Of a stretch of 64,000 bases of DNA, positions 27,251 to 35,757 are shown piece by piece. Source of the DNA: Pseudomonadota bacterium (GTDB lineage: Bacteria; Desulfobacterota; Desulfovibrionia; Desulfovibrionales; Desulfomicrobiaceae); NCBI GenBank assembly GCA_018902545.1, contig JAHIQM010000004.1, positions 124,882-188,881 on the forward strand. The letters are read 5' to 3'. Each line of letters starts with the position of its first letter. Position 1 is the stretch's first letter. The notes under the pieces are model-generated. The model was not told the DNA's origin. It saw nothing but the letters and a program-made list of their open reading frames with translations, and did not search any database. Position numbers and translations under genes: made by a program.

Positions 27251-28653
27251 TGCTCACGCTTCTTCCTGAAGCCCTGTTGCTTGGGCTCATCGTCATCCTT
27301 TTTGTCCAGGTCATAGTAAAGCCGGGCCAGGATTTGGCAGCCAAATGGCTGCCCTGGGCCTGTCTTGGACTTCTCGCCGCAACAGGAACAAGTCTCGCCC
27401 AAACGGGCCTGATGTTCGGCAAGACATACCAAATCGATGCACTTTCGCAATTCATCAAACTGGCCGTGGCCGCCGGGTTATTCATGGCCGTGGCCAATGC
27501 GAAGGGGCAGGCCACCCTCAAAGAACCCATGCGCACGGACTATTATCTCCTGCTGTGCATATCCGCCTGGGGGCTCATGCTGCTGGCCAGTTCCGTTGAA
27601 CTGATGACGATCTACATCTCGCTCGAGATCTCCTCCTACGCCCTCTATGCCCTGGTCCCCCTGCGAGCCGGAGACAAGCGGGCGGCAGAGGCCGGGATCA
27701 AGTATGTGCTCTTTGGCGCGGCCGCCACGGCGGTGTCCCTGTATGGTTTCGCGTACATCACCGCCGCCCAGCACACCACGTTCCTGGCGGAACTGACCAC
27801 CAAGGAATGGGATTTCGCGACCAACCCCGGCGCGCTCGTCGGCCTTGTCATGTTCCTGGCCGGGTTCATGTACAAATTGGCCCTGTTTCCGTTCCACTTC
27901 TGGTGTCCGGATGTGTACCAAGGCGCAAGCAACGAGACGGCCGCATACGCCGCGACCCTGCCCAAGCTCGGAGCCGTGGTCATCCTGGTCCGACTCGCCT
28001 CCCTGCTGGTGCCCGGACAACCCGGCATGACCATCCTGGCCATCCTCGCCGCCGTATCCATGACCTTTGGAAACCTGTCGGCCCTGGTCCAGGACGATGT
28101 AAAACGCATGCTCGGCTATTCTTCCATCGCCCATGCCGGATACGTTGTCATCGGCTTGGTCGCGGGCACGGCGGAAGGACTGGCCTCAGCCACCTTCTAT
28201 GCGCTGGTTTATGTCCTCATGAACCTGACCTGCTTCTGGGTGGTCTGCCACCTGTCCAAGGATGGCCGGAACATGCTGTACTCGGATCTGGATGGTCTGC
28301 ACCAGCGCAGCCCGGTCTTGGCGTTCGTGCTGGCCGTGGCCGCCTTTTCGCTGGTCGGCTTGCCGCCCACAGCCGGTTTCATGGGCAAGCTCTTCCTGCT
28401 GACCTCGGCCTGGGGGCATGGCTATGACTGGCTGGTCATCATCGCGGCGTTGAACACAGCCATCTCCATCTACTTCTATCTCAGCCTGGTGCGCCACGCA
28501 TACACCCACGACCCGGTCGCCACCCCTGCACCGGCAAAGGAAGGCGGGTTGGCGCTGGGCACGATATTCGCGAGCATAATCCTGTTGCTCGGCATCCTGC
28601 CGGCACCTGTTTACGACTTGGCCATGCAGGCAGGCAAAGCTCTTTTGCCTTAA
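27247..28653 (+). CDS. nuoN: Complex I-like subunit N
   Basis: AEAGIKYVLFG, FPFHFWCPDVYQGA, KRMLGYSSIAHAGY, GLPPTAGFMGK. Confidence 0.92.
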   Translation: MMLTLLPEALLLGLIVILFVQVIVKPGQDLAAKWLPWACLGLLAATGTSLAQTGLMFGKTYQIDALSQFIKLAVAAGLFMAVANAKGQATLKEPMRTDYYLLLCISAWGLMLLASSVELMTIYISLEISSYALYALVPLRAGDKRAAEAGIKYVLFGAAATAVSLYGFAYITAAQHTTFLAELTTKEWDFATNPGALVGLVMFLAGFMYKLALFPFHFWCPDVYQGASNETAAYAATLPKLGAVVILVRLASLLVPGQPGMTILAILAAVSMTFGNLSALVQDDVKRMLGYSSIAHAGYVVIGLVAGTAEGLASATFYALVYVLMNLTCFWVVCHLSKDGRNMLYSDLDGLHQRSPVLAFVLAVAAFSLVGLPPTAGFMGKLFLLTSAWGHGYDWLVIIAALNTAISIYFYLSLVRHAYTHDPVATPAPAKEGGLALGTIFASIILLLGILPAPVYDLAMQAGKALLP

Positions 28654-28767
28654 CAATGCAGAAGTTTTTATACTGAATATCTTGATGAATTAAAATTCAC
28701 GTTTAAACATTAAAGCCCCAGTTTATTTTGGAAAAATCAGTTTTTTTGTATTTAAAAAGGAGATATT

Positions 28768-28968
28768 ATGTTTGGAGTTGGAGTTCAGGAAATGCTTGTA
28801 GTTCTCGTAATTGCACTTATTGTATTTGGAGGAAAAAATCTTCCACAGATTGGTGCTAATATGGGAAGGGCCATTATTAATTTTAAAAAAGGCATTAACG
28901 ACACAGGGGCGAGCGAAGAAAATCCACTGGCGAGTGTGATAAAAGCGGAAGAAATGAAAAACCAATAA
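28768..28968 (+). CDS. tatA: Twin-arginine translocase TatA/TatE subunit
   Basis: GVQEMLVVLVIALIVFGGKNLPQIGANMGRAIINFKK; AGGAGA RBS. Confidence 0.88.
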   Translation: MFGVGVQEMLVVLVIALIVFGGKNLPQIGANMGRAIINFKKGINDTGASEENPLASVIKAEEMKNQ

Positions 28969-29092
28969 CACAGTCTTTGCGTGTGGGATTATTCACCACG
29001 TTCACCTGCACCAGAATGACGAAGAGACGTGGCCTTTGGAAGGTTTTTGATTTGGACTCAGGTCGTCTTTGATGGTGCGGGATGTAATGAAA

Positions 29093-29145
29093 GGGCCTTA
29101 CAGTGCGTTGACTGTAAGGCCCGAATTTCCGGCGCGGTGGCAGGC
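29093..29145 (-). repeat. Perfect 12-bp hairpin with adjacent tRNA-3'-like relic; related to 11927-11992
   Basis: gggccttacagt-gcgttg-actgtaaggccc; followed on the minus strand by tttcatt. Confidence 0.55.
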
Positions 29146-29260
29146 TCCCCGTATTAACACACAACCCATGGATGTTGAGGACGCCTGATTATATCTTCAA
29201 TCTCTATCCGGTTCTGACAAACGCCCTGAAAGAAGCGTTGCAGGCGATGGATTATCACAC

Positions 29261-31531
29261 ATGATTTTGAATATTCCAAGCCTCGTCACCCGCCACCCTC
29301 TCTTGTGCCTGGCCCTATCCTTGTTGTTGGCCTTTCCGTTCCTGCTCCAACTGCCCTATGTTCAGACCGTGGACAATGTGGACTATTTCACCATCGAGGA
29401 TGACCCGGATGTAGCCTTTTACAAGACCATCAAGGACACCTTCGGGGATGACGAGTTCTTTGTGATCGCTTTTTCCAGCCCGGAGATGTTCACGCCTTCT
29501 CTACTGCGCATGATTGCGACGATCACAAAAGAACTGGAAGCCATTCCCGAAGTCGAGGAGGTGCAGAGCCTCGCCAATGTGGATTATATTCACGGCGCCG
29601 AGGAATACTTCGAGGTGCGGCCGTTCCTTGAGCATATCCCCGATGATGCCTTGGGGCTTGACATCCTCAGGCGACAGGCGCTCAGCAATCCTTTGTATGT
29701 CGGCAACCTGATCTCCACCGACGGAAACACCGCGGCCATAGTGGTCTCTCCCAAAACGCACAGCGCGGAGGACGGCAGCTTCCGCAAACGTCTGCTCGAA
29801 CAGACCAAGGCGGTGCTGCACAATCACCGGGGCGTGGTCGATCAATTCCATCTGGCCGGTTGGACCATGACCAATTTCAGCCTCAGCCAGTTCATGAAGT
29901 CGGATGTGGCCACGTTCATCCCCTTGACGTACCTTTTCATCACCCTGACCATCTGGCTGACCTTCCGCAACCTGCGTCTGACGCTGCTGGCCCTGGCCAA
30001 CATTTCCATCTGCACCGGCGCCACCATGGGCCTGTTCCCTTTGCTCGGCATCACCCTGAACAACGTGACCACCATCGTCCCGCCCCTGGTCATGGCTCTG
30101 GCGCTCACCGACACGGTTCACATTTTCTCCCATCTGGACAAAAAACTGCTGGCTCAAAGCCAAAGTCCTGCCGAGGCATTGAAAATCGTTCTGAAACGGG
30201 TGCTCATCCCCAGCTTCCTGACGAGCCTGACGACCGCAGCGGGGTTTATTTCCCTTGTCCTGAGCGACATCCCGCCGATCAAGGAGTTTGGCTATGTGGC
30301 CTCGATCGGAATGGTCTTTGAGTTCGTTTTTTCCTTCCTGCTGCTGCCGCCCCTGCTGCTCCTGTGCAACCCTGGGAAAATCTTCATCCATGACAGCAAC
30401 GGCCAGGGTTTCAACGCTTTTCTTTCCGGGCTGTCCAATTTGGTGCACAGCTATCCGCGACGCATCACCGCAGTCACCGCACTTCTGCTGCTGGGCGCGC
30501 TGTGGGCCGCCTCCACGATAAAGGTGGAAACCAACCTCCTTGAATACTTCAAACCCTCCAGCACGCTTCGGCACGAATTGGAGTACGTCGAATCACGCCT
30601 GAGCGGCGTAGGCACCGTGGACATTTCCCTCAAAGCCCAGGAGCGGGATGCATTCCGCGACCCGGCGAACCTGGCCGTCATCGAACGCGTGCAATCATTG
30701 GCCGAGACCCTGCCCGGCGTGGACAGGACCATATCCTTTGTGGATTTTTTAAAAGACATGAACATGTCCTTTCATGACGAGAATCAGGACTTCTACAGCA
30801 TCCCTGACAGCCGGGAGCTGGTCTCCCAATACCTACTGCTCTACGATTCCGGCGACATGGAAGATTTCATCACCACGGAATACGACCATGCCCGAATCTT
30901 GATCCGCATTTCCGAACACAATTCCGCGAGCCAGGCCAGGATAATCGCCGCGCTGCGGTCCTTCATCGACCAGAACGAAAACAGCGGCCTGCAGATTCAG
31001 GTCACAGGCAGGGCCGTCCAGGATGTGAACACCATCGATGCCCTGGTCCAGGGGCAGGTGCAGAGCCTGACCATGGCCGCAGGGGTGATCTCCCTGATCA
31101 TGATCCTCGCCATGCGCTCTCTTGCCATCGGCTTACTGAGCCTTGTCCCGAATATGGTTCCGATTGTCCTCAATTTCGGGATCATGGGCGCCTTAGGAAT
31201 CCCTTTAAATACCTCCACAGCCCTAATTTCCGTGATCGGCCTTGGTATCGCAGTGGATGACACCATTCATTTCCTGACAGAGTACAACCTGAGACGAGCC
31301 GAGAAAATGCCCATCCCGGAAACATTGCGGCGAGTCACCATGGACAAGGGTCTGGGCATTTGTTCATCCACGGTGATCCTCTTCATCGGATTCAGCGTGC
31401 TCATGCTCAGCAATTTCGTGCCCACCATGAGCTTCGGATTTTTAAGCGCGGTAATCATGATAACGGCCTGGATTGGGGATATGATCGTGCTCCCGGCGGT
31501 AGTGCTTTCGTTTTGCAGAAAGAAAACATGA
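29261..31531 (+). CDS. RND/MMPL family exporter
   Basis: 756 aa, two repeats of TM plus periplasmic domain; LALTDTVH and GIAVDDTIH motifs. Confidence 0.9.
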   Translation: MILNIPSLVTRHPLLCLALSLLLAFPFLLQLPYVQTVDNVDYFTIEDDPDVAFYKTIKDTFGDDEFFVIAFSSPEMFTPSLLRMIATITKELEAIPEVEEVQSLANVDYIHGAEEYFEVRPFLEHIPDDALGLDILRRQALSNPLYVGNLISTDGNTAAIVVSPKTHSAEDGSFRKRLLEQTKAVLHNHRGVVDQFHLAGWTMTNFSLSQFMKSDVATFIPLTYLFITLTIWLTFRNLRLTLLALANISICTGATMGLFPLLGITLNNVTTIVPPLVMALALTDTVHIFSHLDKKLLAQSQSPAEALKIVLKRVLIPSFLTSLTTAAGFISLVLSDIPPIKEFGYVASIGMVFEFVFSFLLLPPLLLLCNPGKIFIHDSNGQGFNAFLSGLSNLVHSYPRRITAVTALLLLGALWAASTIKVETNLLEYFKPSSTLRHELEYVESRLSGVGTVDISLKAQERDAFRDPANLAVIERVQSLAETLPGVDRTISFVDFLKDMNMSFHDENQDFYSIPDSRELVSQYLLLYDSGDMEDFITTEYDHARILIRISEHNSASQARIIAALRSFIDQNENSGLQIQVTGRAVQDVNTIDALVQGQVQSLTMAAGVISLIMILAMRSLAIGLLSLVPNMVPIVLNFGIMGALGIPLNTSTALISVIGLGIAVDDTIHFLTEYNLRRAEKMPIPETLRRVTMDKGLGICSSTVILFIGFSVLMLSNFVPTMSFGFLSAVIMITAWIGDMIVLPAVVLSFCRKKT

Positions 31532-32006
31532 CAGGCTACCTCAAAATAGCGATCTACTTCGTCACTGCAGAATGCTGACTTTCACGTATGTGTAAAGTAC
31601 ACTTAAGTTCTCAATTTTCTTTATTACACGCATCTCACCATTTTTGAAAAGCCAAAACATTTTTTCAAAGGGGCTGATTGCATTCTTGGCAGGTCAAAAA
31701 GAGTCATAATTAACCAGACTGCAAAGAACACCCGCAAACAAACAAGCTCATCTTGCGTGCATTGTACGAGCTGGGGAAAATCTTACAAGCATACCCCCTC
31801 AGGGAGAAATGGCGTTCTTGATCGTAATCGGTTCGTCATGGAGAGGTTTCGATGAGCTGTTGGGAGAAAATACCGATACACGTAGGGCCAGATCAGTATT
31901 GAGTTCTTCGCTCAAACAAGACACCATCCCCAAGTTTCTCGCGTCGACTGGCCTGCTTTTTCAACATGGAGCACCTCTCGACACGAAATGAAGAAGGGAG
32001 ACGCTC

Positions 32007-32245
32007 ATGGACAATCAGCCCTGATTGCACTGCGAGACCGGTTTGATGGCTTTAGCCAAACTGTTCCGGGCGAAGATATTGAATTCTGGTACGCCCGGGA
32101 TCTGATGGAGCCGTTGGGCTATGTCCGCTGGGAGAACTTTCAGACCGCCATCCAGCGGGCCATTACATCTTTTGAACCAACAGGTTATGAGCCAAACGAC
32201 CATTATCGTGGCGTCACGAAAATGATCAAGCTGGGCAGTGGTGTA
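32007..32245 (+). pseudogene. DinD / BRO-N-like DNA-damage-inducible protein, frameshifted 5' fragment
   Basis: RBS plus ATGGACAATCAG then frameshift into ALIALRDRFD...EFWYARDLMEPLGYVRWENFQTAIQRA...GVTKMIKLGSG; truncated. Confidence 0.7.
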
Positions 32246-32334
32246 GGACCTTACAAAATTTTTGCGCCTACTCATTTGCAAAAAAAGCCGACAAATAATT
32301 CGTTAATTCTTACAATTGGCACCTCTAACAGCCT

Positions 32335-32593
32335 TCCTCCAGTTACAAATCATATTTGGCGTTCTATCGCTTTGCGGAATTCGAACGAAATATCCTGAGA
32401 GAACGCCAGCGTGAGGGTGTCGAGAAGGCCACGGCCACAAATATGCCATGGCAAGGGTGGCAGGAAAAAGAGTGTCAACCGGAACAAGGTGCGAGCAGTG
32501 CCAGAGCAAGGCGTCTCATTTCGAAAGATTGCAGAGCAACTCGGATGTAGCCTTTCCAGCGTCCAGCGCGTTATTTACGAGGAAACTCAGTAA
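32335..32593 (+). pseudogene. Serine resolvase/invertase C-terminal fragment with HTH, frameshifted
   Basis: FAEFERNILRERQREGVEKA / KGGRKKSVNR...GVSFRKIAEQLGCSLSSVQR. Confidence 0.78.
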
Positions 32594-32745
32594 ACGAACT
32601 CAACTTCAATCGGTGATCGCATTTCGTCGGCATTTACCTTCTTGCTATTTGGATGTAGATTCTTACATCGCGCCTTTAAATCAGCGTAGGCATAATTTAT
32701 GCTACGAGGTAACAATCAAATTCCCATAGAACCTCAGGAGAAAAC

Positions 32746-33147
32746 ATGGAAGAGTATCTTAAGCAAGCAATCGAAATCGTAAAAGCCCAAGCATCTGTGC
32801 GCAACATGAAAGAGGAAGAGATCACATCCATGATCAAAGCCTTGGCTGGCAGCATTCGTGGAGTCGCTGAAGGTGTAGCACCTGTTGTCGAAACCGAACC
32901 CGCTGTCGATCCCAAAAACGCCATCAGAGAGAAAAGCGTCCTCTGCTGCGAGTGTGGAAAATCATTCAAAGTTTTGACTAAGCGCCACCTTATAACCCAC
33001 GGACTCACTCCCGAACAGTACAAGGAAAAATATGGCTACAAGAAAGGTACTTCTCTTGTGGCAAAATCCTTGGCTCGGGATCGCCGCAAGACTATGCAGG
33101 ACATGAAGCTGTGGGAGAAGCGCAAGAAAGCGGTCAAAGCCGAATAA
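32746..33147 (+). CDS. mucR: MucR/Ros family zinc-finger regulator
   Basis: PAVDPKNAI...CCECGKSFKVLTKRHLITHGLTPEQYKEKYG...LVAKSLARDRR. Confidence 0.9.
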   Translation: MEEYLKQAIEIVKAQASVRNMKEEEITSMIKALAGSIRGVAEGVAPVVETEPAVDPKNAIREKSVLCCECGKSFKVLTKRHLITHGLTPEQYKEKYGYKKGTSLVAKSLARDRRKTMQDMKLWEKRKKAVKAE

Positions 33148-33166
33148 CGCAAAAAAAATCCCAGTC

Positions 33167-33205
33167 TAGGCCGACTTCGCTTTATCCCGGGAGTCGGCCT
33201 ATTTT
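33167..33205 (+). terminator. Probable intrinsic terminator after mucR
   Basis: taggccgactt / gagtcggccta stem then tttt. Confidence 0.6.
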
Positions 33206-33611
33206 GATATGCAACGCTGATCGCTACATTTCTGTTCAACTGTTTTGGCCTGAGGCCAGTGAAACACGAACCCATGGCCTCCGGCGTGACCTGACCCCGC
33301 CTTCTGCATACACAGGCCCAAGATGGCCTCTGGCGTGACCTGCCTCGTCATATGTGGCGGTTATGTTGGATCTGGCGAATTGATTAGAGGACTCCCTCTG
33401 CTCGTGCCACTCTGCCTTTTCCGTTTAGTCTCTTATAATAAATATGTTGTGATCATAAACGCCTGCGACCATCTTTCGGCACGGATGTTGCCAAAACGCT
33501 CGGGAGTCTGGACCGTATTCTTTTGGTCGCTGAAATGCTCAGTTTCAACAAAATGGCGCAGAGTTATGACCATATAACTGCCAGTGAGAGCTGGTTAAAA
33601 GGAGAGATCGT

Positions 33612-33809
33612 ATGGACAAAAATATTCGAAAAGAAAATTTCAAGGAAAACAAAGGCGGAATGAAAGATAATTGGGCAATGAGGGATGATGAGCTTGCAGA
33701 ATTTGACGGAGAACTGGAAAAGATGTCTGATATTTTGCAAGAATATATAAATTTGAAGTATGATGTGGATGACACTACACTATTTTTGATTAACACAAAT
33801 ATTAAATGA
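33612..33809 (+). CDS. Small acidic hypothetical protein
   Basis: 65 aa; AGGAGA RBS; AT-rich. Confidence 0.5.
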   Translation: MDKNIRKENFKENKGGMKDNWAMRDDELAEFDGELEKMSDILQEYINLKYDVDDTTLFLINTNIK

Positions 33810-33919
33810 GCCTTGTCACTGGAATAAACAATTGGGATCACAACTGATTCCTTCTTTCCGGTCCGCATTTGGATGATTAACGTTAAGGCGCTGTAATCCG
33901 TAGGGTGGATGAGCGTCTC

Positions 33920-34010
33920 GACCACGTCCCGCTCAAGAGCCTGCTCGGCCATGACCTATGCCCGAAACCAGTGGAACCGGGTCGTACGTTACGTGGACGA
34001 ACGCGTCCCC
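33920..34010 (+). mobile_element. IS66-family transposase (TnpC) fragment
   Basis: DHVPLKSLLG/MTYARNQWNRVVRYVDE resembles the IS66 PKSLLGKAIxYxLNQW segment; frameshifted. Confidence 0.6.
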
Positions 34011-34283
34011 GTAGCGCAAACCACGCAAGAAATGCGGGCGCTCATGCCGCAGCACGTGGGCAGATCCCTTCTCCCAAGCCTCCCCAAGCCAAAGCCGCGC
34101 AAAATAGTAAAGACTCCTGCTTCTATCGCAACTCAGACACCTCCGTGAAAGATGCGGATGCCTGAGCGCTTACAGATAATAGGCCTCCCCGCTTTTCCCA
34201 CATCGCCATCCTCACCAGCGACATTTGTTCGGCGTAGTCCACCCCAAGCCTTCTCTCGGCGGCCCGCTCGCTGAACTACCGAT

Positions 34284-34402
34284 CCATTCGAAATTTGGTT
34301 CGGATGCACCTCAAAATGCTGTGCCAACTCGGCAAACATTATGTCCCCAGACATCGCTGCTTATGCCACCATCGCCATGATCAATTCCGCTTGTAGGTGT
34401 CC
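34284..34402 (-). mobile_element. IS3-family OrfA (HTH) fragment
   Basis: MVA*AAMSGDIMFAELAQHFEVHPNQIS with an internal stop. Confidence 0.6.
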
Positions 34403-34439
34403 AGGATAGTAAAGTATCCGCGCTAGGGTTTGTGCAAAT

Positions 34440-34760
34440 TTCTGGAAAATTTATTTCGAAATCCACACATGTATAATTTCTTAATTTAAAAATTAGTTTA
34501 TGATTATCAACAATGACATAAATTTTTTATAATTTTAATATTCAACTTCGATATTTATATTTATAACATGTTTTAAATTCAATTTATATAAATTATAAAT
34601 ATTTACTTTACATTAAATAAATAATGCCCTAATCATAAATAATGATAATAAGAGAAAATAATTATTCAAAACTTTTTTTTAAAATCAATTAACAATGTTT
34701 TTGCAAATCGACACTTACTCAGAACAGCGACAAATTATTAATTATTATTAATTTCAGATG
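34440..34760. other. Extremely AT-rich intergenic region upstream of the corrinoid operon
   Basis: Long A/T tracts, sharp contrast to flanks. Confidence 0.75.
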
Positions 34761-34884
34761 CTTAGAGCTAATGTAGCCAAAGAGCAGATACTTGCACAGT
34801 TGAACGTTGCACACCTGCGTATTGCCAAACTTGAAGCTCAGCACTTGGGATGGGAGTTAGATCAGAAGCGGTAATTCCGATGCT

Positions 34885-35031
34885 CTGAATACGCAGGTCC
34901 CCATCATCCCCATGACCGGTGACCGTGAGAGATTTCTTGAAGCTGGCATGAACGACTACATCGCTAAGCCGGTGCAGGTCGTGGAACTCAAGAAGGCGCT
35001 GAAGCGGGTGTTGGATGTAAAGCGCAAATGA
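34885..35031 (+). pseudogene. Relic 3' end of a receiver domain (hybrid kinase tail)
   Basis: LNTQVPIIPMTGDRERFLEAGMNDYIAKPVQVVELKKALKRVLDVKRK*; no upstream frame. Confidence 0.75.
34921..35001 (+). repeat. 81-bp perfect direct repeat, left copy
   Basis: Identical base for base to 38893-38973. Confidence 0.92.
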
Positions 35032-35094
35032 ACAAACTGATGTTGATGAGTGCAACTCAAGGGATATTAAGAACACACTTTTAAGGACATTAGG

Positions 35095-35757
35095 ATGGAG
35101 AGATATTGTATGTATGACCCCTCAGACTCCATGCTAGACACCGCGTTTTGGGGTGCGCTGATGCGCTCGAACAGGCACGACGCAGAGCAAATCATGCGAC
35201 AATTGTTGGTGCAGACCTCACCGCCGGGCAGCGCTGAGAAACTCGTCGTCACTGCGCTTGAGCGCATTGGTGCGGACTGGGAATCAGGCCGGGCGGCCCT
35301 CTCGCAAGTGTATATGAGCGGAAGGATCTGCGAAGAGCTCATGGCGTTGATCTTTCCGAGAACCCCTGATGGGAACAACGTTTCTGGCCGGTGCGCCATC
35401 GTATTGCTGAATGACTATCACACCCTTGGCAAGCGTATCGTGCTTTCGGCACTGCGAGCTTCCGGCTTTTCCATACAGGATTGGGGACAGATGACACAGG
35501 AGCAACTCGTGGCCAAAGCCCTTGAAAGTGATGTCGAAGTGCTGCTGATTTCCACGCTCATGCTTGCCTCTGCCCTCAAGGTCAAGGATCTCAAAACTGA
35601 ACTTGATGCGAAGGGGTTCAACGGCAAGCTGTTGGTAGGCGGAGCCCCTTTCCGGCTGGACAAGAGGCTCTGGAAAGACGTCGGGGCGGATGCCACTGCC
35701 GACAATGCCATGGACTCGATACGTGTCCTTTCATCGCTACTTGGGAGGCAATCATGA
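35095..35757 (+). CDS. Cobalamin-binding (corrinoid) protein, MtaC/MtbC-like
   Basis: Cap domain IGADWESGRAALSQVY; DYHTLG (DxHxxG), ISTLM (SxL) and LVGG motifs; alternative start 35110. Confidence 0.9.
   Translation: MERYCMYDPSDSMLDTAFWGALMRSNRHDAEQIMRQLLVQTSPPGSAEKLVVTALERIGADWESGRAALSQVYMSGRICEELMALIFPRTPDGNNVSGRCAIVLLNDYHTLGKRIVLSALRASGFSIQDWGQMTQEQLVAKALESDVEVLLISTLMLASALKVKDLKTELDAKGFNGKLLVGGAPFRLDKRLWKDVGADATADNAMDSIRVLSSLLGRQS

Noticed and set aside
33274-33342. Mini CRISPR array
   Set aside because: Only two 20-bp repeats, not palindromic, no cas genes; no CRISPR array seen anywhere in the window
33545-33952. 135-aa minus-strand ORF
   Set aside because: Antisense to the RBS-supported 65-aa ORF and the IS66 fragment; low-complexity Ser/Phe content typical of a shadow frame
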